Assembly: GCA_017416205.1 (NCBI GenBank)
Contig: JAFQDC010000093.1
Location: forward strand, 1 to 59,465
DNA from: Clostridia bacterium
GTDB taxonomy: Bacteria > Bacillota > Clostridia > Oscillospirales > CAG-272
DNA: 59,465 nt
Reading direction: 5' to 3'
The notes beneath the pieces are model-generated. The model was not told the origin of the DNA. It made no database searches and was given only the letters and a program-made list of their open reading frames with translations. Below, piece after piece: positions 8,827 to 18,006 of this stretch. Position 1 is the stretch's first letter, and every line of letters begins with the position of its first letter. A program made the translations under genes and the position numbers.

Positions 8827-10434
8827 ATGAAAAAACATATTCCCCAAATAAAACGCGCCACAGCGCTCATCCTTGCGGTGATATGCGCCTTTTCTGCCGC
8901 CTCCTGCTTTGGCAGAAACACCAATATGGTGGGCGACTGCAATAACGATAAGATAGTCGACGGCAAGGATTCTCAGCTGCTCTGCCGCTATCTTTCAGGC
9001 GAGTATACGCTTATTTCAAAGGCCAATGCCGACCTGAACTCCGACGGTGTTTGCAACAGCGGAGACGCAAAGGCACTGAGAGACTACCTCTCCGAAACAA
9101 GCCTGCCGGGAACACGGTTCTCAGCCGTTTTTCTTAATAACCTGAATATCTCAAACTATAAGGTAGTTATCCCCGAAAAAGCAAGCGATTTTGAGAAGTG
9201 GACAGCTCAGATACTTTGCAAAAGCATTGAGGACCTCTGCGGCACCTCGCTTGAGACTGTGACAGATAAGGAAAACGAGACTCCCTGCGAAATTCTTATC
9301 GGAGACACAAACAGATCTGCAGATGATCAGGATGCTGTTGAGGATAATAAATTCCTCATAATGGCAAAGGCAACGAAAATCATCCTTTTCGGAAATGATT
9401 ACTACGTTGCCGGCGGAGTGGGATATATTCTGGATCTTCTCGAAAAAAGTGACGTCCTTTGGAACACCTCCGTAAACGTTAATATCCCCTTCAAGGCAGA
9501 ATACCGCGACCCCGATTGGGGAAAAGCAGAAAAGATCCTTTTGTTCATTGGCGACGGTATGGGATTTAACCACACAAAGCTTGCAACGGATGAGGATCCC
9601 GTGGTCCAGTATACCGAATCCACCCTTTTTGCACCCGATGAAAAGGGAACGGATATTTTCTGGCCTGCCACCTTTGAAAATCAGGGAGAATCAATAACTC
9701 TGAATATTCAGCAAAGCACAACGGATTCCGCCGCAGGAGCAACTGCTCTTTCCACGGGATATAAGACTCTCAACGGTGCTCTCGGAATGATTCCCGCAGA
9801 TCTTGACGGAGACGGTGCAGAGGATGAATTCCGTTCCGTTCTCAACGTTCGCGAGGCCGCAGCCCTCAAGGGACTTGCAACTGCGGTTATCTCCACAGAC
9901 AAGCTGACAGGAGCAACTCCAAACGCATTTCTCGTTCATCACACCTCAAGAAAGGACAGAAATATTATTCTTGAGCAGCAGTCTGCCCTTGCCTCAACCA
10001 GACTTGACTACAGCTATCTCTGGTGCAGCTATGACAGCGACGACGTGTTCGAGGAGTTTAAAAAAGCCATCGACGTATGCGACGATAACGCAAACGGCTT
10101 CTTCATTATGACGGAAGAGGCAATGATCGATAAATATGCTGAAAAGGTGGATTTTGACAACGTTATCAGAACGGTGAAGCGCTTAAACGAAATGACCGCT
10201 TACGCCGCGACCTACGCAATGTGCCACAGAGATACTGCCATCATAGTTACCGCCGACCACGAAACAGGCGGCCTCACAAAGGGCGATGACGGTATCTGGC
10301 GATGGACCAGCAACGGCGAGCATACAGGCACAAACGTTCCCGTATACGCAATGGGAGCTGAGACCGGCATCTTCTGCGATGCGATATGCGATAACACGGC
10401 TATTGCAAAGTTTATTTTCTCAGCAATCGAATAA
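8827..10434 (+). CDS. lipoprotein: dockerin-like domain + GH20-domain-2-like module + alkaline phosphatase-family domain
   Basis: Lipobox AASC; paired Ca-loops GDCNNDKIVDGKD / ADLNSDGVCNSGD; LFIGDGMG, TDSAAGATAL, TADHETGG, EHTGTNVP. Confidence 0.8.
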   Translation: MKKHIPQIKRATALILAVICAFSAASCFGRNTNMVGDCNNDKIVDGKDSQLLCRYLSGEYTLISKANADLNSDGVCNSGDAKALRDYLSETSLPGTRFSAVFLNNLNISNYKVVIPEKASDFEKWTAQILCKSIEDLCGTSLETVTDKENETPCEILIGDTNRSADDQDAVEDNKFLIMAKATKIILFGNDYYVAGGVGYILDLLEKSDVLWNTSVNVNIPFKAEYRDPDWGKAEKILLFIGDGMGFNHTKLATDEDPVVQYTESTLFAPDEKGTDIFWPATFENQGESITLNIQQSTTDSAAGATALSTGYKTLNGALGMIPADLDGDGAEDEFRSVLNVREAAALKGLATAVISTDKLTGATPNAFLVHHTSRKDRNIILEQQSALASTRLDYSYLWCSYDSDDVFEEFKKAIDVCDDNANGFFIMTEEAMIDKYAEKVDFDNVIRTVKRLNEMTAYAATYAMCHRDTAIIVTADHETGGLTKGDDGIWRWTSNGEHTGTNVPVYAMGAETGIFCDAICDNTAIAKFIFSAIE

Positions 10435-10435
10435 C

Positions 10436-10475
10436 AAAAAATCAGTCTGTTGCTTTCGCAACAGACTGATTTTTT
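10436..10475. terminator. bidirectional intrinsic terminator
   Basis: AAAAAATCAGTCTGTTGC-tttc-GCAACAGACTGATTTTTT between convergent genes. Confidence 0.8.
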
Positions 10476-11118
10476 ATTCAAGGTCAATATGATCACAATT
10501 GAGGAATGCCTGAGCGGACATCGTGCTGGTCACGGGGATCAGCTTCTTTGCCTTGCAATGCTCGCAGGCGACTACAACTCCGTCTCCCGTCACCTCAACG
10601 GTATAGCTTCCCTCAAACTCGGGACAGCGGCAGCTTATTTCTCCCGCCTCGTCAAGATCGCGGATAACGAAATTAACGATCTCAAGTATCTGAGGATCGG
10701 AAAACACCCCTGTGTCCTCTTCGCCCTTTCTGCCAAAGGGATTGGTTCCGCCTGCTTCTTCAATAAGCTGACCAAGCTCGCGGTCGGACTCCTCCTCCGC
10801 CTGCTGTACGGCATCACTCTTGCCGAGAAGGCAGAGATCTATTCCGGAATAGGCGCAGGGCAGAGCAAAAAGATCCTTATCAAAGAATGCAGCGCTTGAC
10901 ACGGTGTAGGTATGGGGCTTCGGACAAAGGAAGCAGGGCACCGTGAGGCGTATTTTCTTATCGTTTGTATTAACTATGGTAAGCTCGCTCTCTCCGCAGG
11001 GACACTTTAAGCGAAGCATATCCGCCGTGAGAGAAAATACTCCCACAATGCTCGCTACCCAGGATCCGCACTGAGGACAGCGATAGGCTACCGTAGTTTC
11101 TTTTTTATCAAGTACCAT
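10474..11118 (-). CDS. Cys-rich (probable Zn-binding) hypothetical protein
   Basis: CPQC, CPC, CFLC..H, CRC, CEHC motifs; GGAG RBS before ATG at 11118. Confidence 0.7.
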   Translation of the reverse strand: MVLDKKETTVAYRCPQCGSWVASIVGVFSLTADMLRLKCPCGESELTIVNTNDKKIRLTVPCFLCPKPHTYTVSSAAFFDKDLFALPCAYSGIDLCLLGKSDAVQQAEEESDRELGQLIEEAGGTNPFGRKGEEDTGVFSDPQILEIVNFVIRDLDEAGEISCRCPEFEGSYTVEVTGDGVVVACEHCKAKKLIPVTSTMSAQAFLNCDHIDLE

Positions 11119-11180
11119 AAAGGCCACTCCATTCAAAAAGTCTTTTTATATTATGCGCAAAACGTGAGGGGAGTTATACC

Positions 11181-12560
11181 TTATCTTTCGCTGAGAGGCA
11201 CGTAGCTGTCTCTGTCCTTTACGCACATATATGCAGGACGGATGATCTTACCTGCATTCTGCAGCTCCTCGATACGGTGAGCGCTCCAACCTGCAATTCT
11301 TGCAACTGCAAAAATAGGAGTATAAAGCTCAGGAGGAAGCTTCAGCATACGGTATATCATTCCGCTGTAGAAGTCAACGTTGGGGCTTACACCCTTATAG
11401 ATCTTTCTTCTTTCTGCAATAAGATCGGAAGCAATACGGGCGGTGCGCTTGTAAAGGTCGTATTCGTCCTCCATTCCCTTTTCAAGAGAAAGCTTCTTTG
11501 CAAATACCTTAAGGACCTCAGCTCTCGGGTCGGAAACGGAATAGATAGCGTGGCCCATACCGTAAATAAGACCGGAGCGATCAAAGGCCTCGCGGCTGAG
11601 CACCTTTGTAAGATATGCGCGGATAGAATCGTCAGACCAGTCAGGCACGTTTGCCTTCATATCGTCAAACATTTCAACGACCTTGATATTTGCGCCACCG
11701 TGGCGGGGGCCCTTAAGGGAGCCAAGGGATGCGGCAACGGAGGAATATGTATCTGTTCCGGAGGATGAGACTACGTGAGTCGTAAAGGTGGAGTTATTAC
11801 CGCCGCCGTGCTCTGCGTGAAGCACAAGAGCAAGGTCAAGTGTTCTTGCCTCAGTCTCCGTAAAGCTTCCGTCGGGACGGAGCATATAGAGAAAATTCTG
11901 AGCTGCAGAAAGCTCGGGCTTCGGAGGATGGATATAAAGGCTCTCGCCCTCGTGATAGTGCTTATAGGCATGGTATGCGTAAGCTGACAGCATAGGGAAT
12001 ATGGCTATAAGCTGGAGGCACTGACGGAGCACGTTGGGAATTGATATATCATCCGGATTATCGTCATATGAATAAAGGGTAAGAACGCATCTTGCAAGCA
12101 CGTTCATCATATCCTTGCCGGGAGCCTTCATAATAATATCGCGGACAAAGCTTGGGGGCAGGGATCTGAAGGTTGCAAGCTGAGCTTTAAAGTCGGAAAG
12201 CTCTTTTTCTGTGGGAAGAGCGCCGAACAAAAGAAGATATACGCATTCCTCAAAGCCGTAGCGACCGTCATTGTAAAATCCTGCGGTAAGATCCTTAATA
12301 TTTATTCCGCGATAGCAAAGCTCGCCGGGAATGTTGGTATCAACGCCGTCTATTATTTTATGGGATATTACCTCGGAGATCTCCGTGAGACCTGTGAGAA
12401 CTCCGCGACCCTGAAGGTCACGAAGGCCGCGCTTGACGTTATGCTGGGTATACATATCCGGCTTTATGCCGTTTGCGCAGCAGCTTTTTGTTGCCAGCTC
12501 CTCAATATATGGGGTAACCACAGAATAAGGATTTGGTTCTTTACTTAGAAGTCTGTGCAT
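11181..12560 (-). CDS. gltA: citrate synthase / 2-methylcitrate synthase family
   Basis: LHAEHGGGNNSTF, GPRHGGAN, IYGMGHAIY..SDPRA, PNVDFYSG, FAVARIAGWSAH, IIRP. Confidence 0.93.
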   Translation of the reverse strand: MHRLLSKEPNPYSVVTPYIEELATKSCCANGIKPDMYTQHNVKRGLRDLQGRGVLTGLTEISEVISHKIIDGVDTNIPGELCYRGINIKDLTAGFYNDGRYGFEECVYLLLFGALPTEKELSDFKAQLATFRSLPPSFVRDIIMKAPGKDMMNVLARCVLTLYSYDDNPDDISIPNVLRQCLQLIAIFPMLSAYAYHAYKHYHEGESLYIHPPKPELSAAQNFLYMLRPDGSFTETEARTLDLALVLHAEHGGGNNSTFTTHVVSSSGTDTYSSVAASLGSLKGPRHGGANIKVVEMFDDMKANVPDWSDDSIRAYLTKVLSREAFDRSGLIYGMGHAIYSVSDPRAEVLKVFAKKLSLEKGMEDEYDLYKRTARIASDLIAERRKIYKGVSPNVDFYSGMIYRMLKLPPELYTPIFAVARIAGWSAHRIEELQNAGKIIRPAYMCVKDRDSYVPLSER

Positions 12561-12733
12561 TTTACTGTTTCGCGAAAAGATTTCGCTCTCCTTTCAGGGA
12601 AATGCATATTAAAAAAACAATAATTCATTTTACACTAATAAAATGAACATAGTATGAAGAAATACATCTTTTTTGCAAAAAAGTGAAGGGCGACCTGCAA
12701 AAGCCATCAGATCGCCCGTGTCTTGTACAAATA

Positions 12734-13540
12734 TCAGCTTATTTTATTGATCTCATCCTGCAGAAGGTCTCCAACACCGTTGAGAATATATGCGGGACGG
12801 TAAGGGAACAGCTTCATGGTTTTAATATCGGTAACTCCGGAAAGAACGAGAACCGTATCAAGCTCACTTTCGATACCTGCAACGATATCCGTATCCATTC
12901 TGTCACCGATAATGGCAGCCTCAGCACGGTGAACTCCGAGAGTTTTGAGTGCGTGGCGCATAATGAGAGGATTGGGCTTTCCGATATAGTATGCGTTAAC
13001 TCCCGTTGTCATTGTGATGGGAGAAATGAGAGCGCGGCAGGCAGGCATAATAAGTCCCGCGTCTGTAGGACCCGTAAGGTCAGAGTTCGTACCGATGAGC
13101 TTTGCGCCGTTCTGAACCAGCTTAACTGCCTTTTCTATCTTTTCGTAGCTCATTGAGCGTGTTTCACCGAAAACAACGTAATCGGGATTATAGTCGTTCA
13201 TGGTAAGGCCTGCTTCATAGATAGCGTTCATAAGGCCTGGCTCGCCGATAACGTATGCGCTTCCGCCGGGGCACTGATTCTTGAGGAATGCCGCCGTTGC
13301 AAGAGCGCTGGTGTAAAAATGACTCTCATCCACCTCAAGACCCATTCTCGCAAGCTTTGTGGAAAGCTCACGGGGGGCTCTTTCGCTGGAGTTAGTCAAA
13401 AAGAGAAACTGCTTTCCGGTATTATACATCCATTCAACAAACTGAGTAACTCCGGGAAGCAAGGTGTTTCCGTGGTAGATAACGCCGTCCATATCGATTA
13501 TGAAGGCTTTTTTCTCATGTAAAGGCTTAAGAGATATCAT
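12734..13540 (-). CDS. HAD-IIA family hydrolase (NagD-like)
   Basis: IIDMDGVIY, LTNSS, GKPNP, IGDRMDTDI, VLSGVT. Confidence 0.92.
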   Translation of the reverse strand: MISLKPLHEKKAFIIDMDGVIYHGNTLLPGVTQFVEWMYNTGKQFLFLTNSSERAPRELSTKLARMGLEVDESHFYTSALATAAFLKNQCPGGSAYVIGEPGLMNAIYEAGLTMNDYNPDYVVFGETRSMSYEKIEKAVKLVQNGAKLIGTNSDLTGPTDAGLIMPACRALISPITMTTGVNAYYIGKPNPLIMRHALKTLGVHRAEAAIIGDRMDTDIVAGIESELDTVLVLSGVTDIKTMKLFPYRPAYILNGVGDLLQDEINKIS

Positions 13541-13779
13541 ATTTCCTCCTTCTTTCTACCGTCAAAAGCGGCTTCGACAATAAACACTTGATTTTTTTTT
13601 GGTTTTATGATATTATAACAATGCGATAATGTTTTGGTATTGGAATTTTTCTCCATTACAAGAATATTATACTATATTTTTTCTCATTTGTATATAGTCA
13701 AAAAGAGATTTTATTAAATCAAACGGCTATTCTTCTATATCCCATAAGCATACGCTTAAAAGATAAGGTGGTGAGCTAT

Positions 13780-14937
13780 TTGAAGAGAGAAAAAAACACA
13801 AAAAACCCAATGGATGAACTGCTTAATATAAGCCGTGAGCAGAAAAAAGAAAAACCGGTCATTGATACAGAAAATGCCGTTCCCGTGAAGCACGGAATGC
13901 CCTCGTCGAGTATTAATGCAAAAAAAGCTGTAAAGAAAAACAGCTTTTTCAAACACGTAAAATTCTTTTTCACCTGCGTATTTGAAGAGCTTATCGATGC
14001 TGCCAAGCATATTGATAAAACAACAGTCGGATTTAAAATGGCAGTATTTGCCGTAATATTTTGTGTGGTAAGCACAGCTTTGGTTATCGGACTTTCCGTC
14101 GTTATCAGCGGCGGTGATGAGCCTGAGACCTTTTCCGATTGCCTTATAGGCTCCAAAAAGCATATCGTTACAGAAGAGCAAAAGCTTTCTTACGTTGATG
14201 ATAATTCGGATAACGGCGAAAGAATGCTTGCAGACGGAAGATATGACGTTACCTTCGATTTTTATTCCAAGGAAGACGTTCATTGCATCAGCAACAAAAG
14301 AACAGTGGCAGAGCTTATTTCGGCACTCAGCATTGAGCTCTCTGATACAGATATCCTTAAAGCCAAGGAAGATAGCGTGATCGACGGTGATCTCGTCATC
14401 TCGATCGACGAGATATCCTACGGAAAGGATTACGTTCATACGTCTGTTGACTATAAAACCGAATACAGGGACGTTCTCACTATCCCAAAGGGAACTCAAA
14501 GAGTACAGCGTCGCGGCGTTCTCGGCAAGGATACTAAGGAATATTCCGTTACTTACGTCAACGGAGTTGAAACAGAGAGAACACTTGTCAGCGAGTATAC
14601 AAGCGCATACCCCGTCAGTGCCGTTGTTGAAAGAGGTGTCGGCGGTAGCATCGAGGGCATAAGCTATTCATATGCTCTCACCTGCGATACTACCATATAT
14701 TACAGCGGCGGTATTACCGCCTCCGGCCTTCCTGCTGACGAAAACGTTGTAGCAGTTGACCCCAGGGTTATTCCTCTCGGAACAAAGCTGTACATCCCGG
14801 GATTTGGCATAAGGATCGCGGCAGACGTTGGCGGAAATGTTAAAGGACACTCTGTTGATATCTGTATTGATCGCGATCACCCTTGGGCAAAGACCTATGG
14901 GCGACGCTCAGCAACAGTATATATTATCGAAGACTGA
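13780..14937 (+). CDS. membrane-anchored G5 + 3D domain cell-wall protein (YabE/Sps-like)
   Basis: Single TM; G5-like segment; GITASG, VAVDPRVIPLGTKLYIPGFG, ADVGG.VKG..VDI. Confidence 0.85.
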   Translation: MKREKNTKNPMDELLNISREQKKEKPVIDTENAVPVKHGMPSSSINAKKAVKKNSFFKHVKFFFTCVFEELIDAAKHIDKTTVGFKMAVFAVIFCVVSTALVIGLSVVISGGDEPETFSDCLIGSKKHIVTEEQKLSYVDDNSDNGERMLADGRYDVTFDFYSKEDVHCISNKRTVAELISALSIELSDTDILKAKEDSVIDGDLVISIDEISYGKDYVHTSVDYKTEYRDVLTIPKGTQRVQRRGVLGKDTKEYSVTYVNGVETERTLVSEYTSAYPVSAVVERGVGGSIEGISYSYALTCDTTIYYSGGITASGLPADENVVAVDPRVIPLGTKLYIPGFGIRIAADVGGNVKGHSVDICIDRDHPWAKTYGRRSATVYIIED

Positions 14938-14994
14938 TTACAGATGCGTGAAATCTCGGTTTCACGCATTCTTGCTTTAGAAAGGATCTGCAAA

Positions 14995-16143
14995 ATGGAC
15001 TTTAAGAGACTTGAAAATTTTATGGACTATTTGACGGGATGGCGTATACCCGGCTGCGGCTGTAAAGTATATAAAAAGGGCGAGCTTGTTTTTGAGTATA
15101 GCTCCGGTTACGCGGATATGGAAAACAAGATCCCTCTTTCCTGCGACGACCACAGAATGTTTATGTATTCTATTTCAAAGATAGTTACATGCGTTACAGC
15201 TCTTACTCTTTGGGAGGAGGGCAAATACCTGCTTTCCGATCCCGTTTCCATGTATATGCCCGAGTGGGCAGACGTTAAAGTGAGAGAATGGTCTCCCGAC
15301 GGAAATCACAAGATACATCCTCTTGAGCGTGAGATCACCATCAGAGATCTTTTCTGTATGACAAGCGGTCTTGACTATAACTGCGAAAGCGAACACATTA
15401 TGGCGAAGCGCAAGGAAACTGAGCCTCATTGCCCTACTGTTGAAATAATACGCGCCCTTGCAAAGGATCCCATGAACGCTCAGCCTGGCCAAATATGGGG
15501 ATACGGTCTTTCCCACGACGTTATCGGTGCCCTTGTTGAGATATGGGTAGGCGAGCCTCTCGGTGTTGTTGCAAAAAAGCGCATATTCGATCCCATCGGC
15601 CTCAAAAAGACGTCATACGGTCTTGATCCCGCATATCGCGATGAAATGGCCGTGCAATACTGCTTTAACGATGCAAAGAACTGTATTGAGAAAAACTGGA
15701 CTCAGGATAACTGGGCAATATTCGGAGATGAATACCATTCAGGAGGAGCAGGTGTTGTTTCTACAATCAGCGAAATGGCCCTTCTTATGAAGGTCCTTGC
15801 GGCAAAGGGCAAGGTAGATGATAACACTTATATCATCTCTCCCCGCACCATTGATATGATGCGTGCTCCTCATCTGACAGAGGAAGAGGAAAAGGGACTT
15901 GAGTGGCCTCATCTTGCAGGCTACAGCTACGGTCTCGGCGTGCGCACAATGAAGGACCCCGCAAAGGGCGGCTCCACCTCCCCTGTGGGTGAATTCGGCT
16001 GGACGGGAGCTGCAGGCGGCTATGCAATGATAGACCCCGACAACGAGATCGCTGTGTTCTATGCCCATCATATGCTGAACAATCAGGAGCATTTCGTTGC
16101 CCCCAGAATCCGCAATATCGTTTATTCATGCATTAATAACTGA
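14995..16143 (+). CDS. serine hydrolase, beta-lactamase (class C-like) superfamily
   Basis: MYSISK (SxxK), DPVSMYMP, ITIRDL..MTSGLDY, FGWTGAAG; no signal peptide. Confidence 0.88.
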   Translation: MDFKRLENFMDYLTGWRIPGCGCKVYKKGELVFEYSSGYADMENKIPLSCDDHRMFMYSISKIVTCVTALTLWEEGKYLLSDPVSMYMPEWADVKVREWSPDGNHKIHPLEREITIRDLFCMTSGLDYNCESEHIMAKRKETEPHCPTVEIIRALAKDPMNAQPGQIWGYGLSHDVIGALVEIWVGEPLGVVAKKRIFDPIGLKKTSYGLDPAYRDEMAVQYCFNDAKNCIEKNWTQDNWAIFGDEYHSGGAGVVSTISEMALLMKVLAAKGKVDDNTYIISPRTIDMMRAPHLTEEEEKGLEWPHLAGYSYGLGVRTMKDPAKGGSTSPVGEFGWTGAAGGYAMIDPDNEIAVFYAHHMLNNQEHFVAPRIRNIVYSCINN

Positions 16144-16144
16144 C

Positions 16145-16182
16145 AAAAAGGCTTTTGCACAAAACAGTGCAAAAGCCTTTTT
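16145..16182. terminator. bidirectional intrinsic terminator
   Basis: AAAAAGGCTTTTGCAC / GTGCAAAAGCCTTTTT between convergent genes. Confidence 0.8.
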
Positions 16183-17991
16183 TCAATATTCTATTACTCT
16201 GTCCTCGCCAACGCCAAGACGGGTAAGATATATTTTTCTTGCCGCTTTATCGATAGTTACGATATCAATAGCGGTCTCCGAATCAGTTCCCTTAACTCTT
16301 TCGGGAGGATCGGTGTCGCGAACATCAGCTCCTGCTGTTGTTATAGTAACACACGGAATTCCAAGCGTTTCAGTGTCTATCTTATCTGCGTGGTTGTGTC
16401 CCTGAAAAACAGCAATTATCTCTCCTTTAGCTCCGGAATAATCAATGCTTACCGCGCTGCTTCGGAAATCCATATCACTTTTATGCGCCGTTTCACAAAC
16501 GGTTTTTTCGTTATAGGCGGAAATTATATCATAGAAGACCTGCTTATCCTCAGCCTCATAGATATTATGCGTTCCGATAACGGCACTGTAGCCCTCAGGC
16601 ATATCAAGAGCAACCGTGCTGAACCACTCAAGCTGCTCCTGTCCAAAGAGAGGATTATGGAAAAAGCTTCTGTATATATCCGTGGTAAACCCTTCCTCAT
16701 CACCTTCAAAATCATTCCAGAAGGAATTCAGCATAATATATCTTGTTTTCGTTTTTGCATCATCAAGATAATAGTAGCTTCCGTCATTGCTGAACTTTTT
16801 ATGAATATTGGCTCTCTGCCACTCAAAGTAAGTCTCAACTCTTTCCTTGTTATCAAGCTGATAGCGGTAATGCAAGAGCTCTCCATTTACTTTTTTCTGT
16901 CCCGTTGCCCCATCGTGGTTTCCTACCGTAAGCATAAGACTTTCCACGGGTATCGGCTCAAGAACAGAAAGAACCTTATCCATATTGGGCTTCAGGTCAT
17001 CAAGCACGTAGCCTGAGGACTGGGTTGTGGAGTCTCCCGTTATCATAATATAGGGGATACCGCACGCCTGCATAACGCCTGAAGCTACTTTGCCAACGTT
17101 ACAAATAAGCTCGTAATTATTCATACTTGGCTCAAAATGAATATCTGACGTATACGCAAATCTGACAAATCCGTCATCAGACACACGACCGATATCGTTG
17201 ACACGCTGTATAGCGGACAACACCTCACCGTGCCACTCTTCCGGAATATACTGAATTTTTGACGGTGCCCATAATTCATAGCTGTCACAGGCAACCCATA
17301 TTTCCTCGTTTACGGTAATAACAGGCTCAAGGGATTCCTCGTATGCATACGCCATTCTGATATATGCGACCTCATATGCATCATTAATAGTAAATGATAT
17401 AAGGTTTCCCAGCTCATCATATTCTATATCGTCAGCGATCTTATCAAGATGCTCTTCCATACTGTACGCAGTAATTGAAAGAAGAAGCGAATATTCCGCA
17501 TCATAGAATCTCAGATATATTCCTCCCGGAGTGACCTCGCCTACGTTTTCATTTCTGAAGGTTACCCCATCAAGCCTTACCGTGTCTCCAGTCTCTGCAG
17601 GGATAAATCCAATAGCCGATGCACCCTTGCACTCTGTGAGAATATCAGCTGAATTATATCTGTGATCCGCAATTATTCCTACCGTATTTCCTTCACTGTC
17701 AGCCGAGACAGGGATCATATTTGTAAATTCGCCCTTTTTCTCGGTTATTGTGACATACTCCCAAAGCTTTCCGTCAGGAAGAACGTATGCCCTGTCTGTA
17801 TCCGTACATTCTTCAACGCTGTTTACATATATGGGCAGCTCCGATACTCTGCTGTAATCTATACTGTTTTGAGCCTCTGAGCTTATTCCGGCATCATCTT
17901 TGATCAATATTTTGCCACAACCGCAAAACGCGGTTAAAGCAACAAGTATTGCTACACATAATGCATTTGCTCTTAGTATTACAGTTTTCAA
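16183..17991 (-). CDS. lipoprotein with C-terminal calcineurin-like metallophosphoesterase domain
   Basis: Lipobox FCGC; SDIH, TGDS, GNHD, GTH, GHNH motifs. Confidence 0.8.
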   Translation of the reverse strand: MKTVILRANALCVAILVALTAFCGCGKILIKDDAGISSEAQNSIDYSRVSELPIYVNSVEECTDTDRAYVLPDGKLWEYVTITEKKGEFTNMIPVSADSEGNTVGIIADHRYNSADILTECKGASAIGFIPAETGDTVRLDGVTFRNENVGEVTPGGIYLRFYDAEYSLLLSITAYSMEEHLDKIADDIEYDELGNLISFTINDAYEVAYIRMAYAYEESLEPVITVNEEIWVACDSYELWAPSKIQYIPEEWHGEVLSAIQRVNDIGRVSDDGFVRFAYTSDIHFEPSMNNYELICNVGKVASGVMQACGIPYIMITGDSTTQSSGYVLDDLKPNMDKVLSVLEPIPVESLMLTVGNHDGATGQKKVNGELLHYRYQLDNKERVETYFEWQRANIHKKFSNDGSYYYLDDAKTKTRYIMLNSFWNDFEGDEEGFTTDIYRSFFHNPLFGQEQLEWFSTVALDMPEGYSAVIGTHNIYEAEDKQVFYDIISAYNEKTVCETAHKSDMDFRSSAVSIDYSGAKGEIIAVFQGHNHADKIDTETLGIPCVTITTAGADVRDTDPPERVKGTDSETAIDIVTIDKAARKIYLTRLGVGEDRVIEY

Positions 17992-18006
17992 AGTGATCTC
18001 CTTGAT

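Noticed and set aside
14995-16143. Beta-lactam resistance gene
   Set aside because: Fold-level similarity only and no signal peptide; more likely an esterase or peptidase
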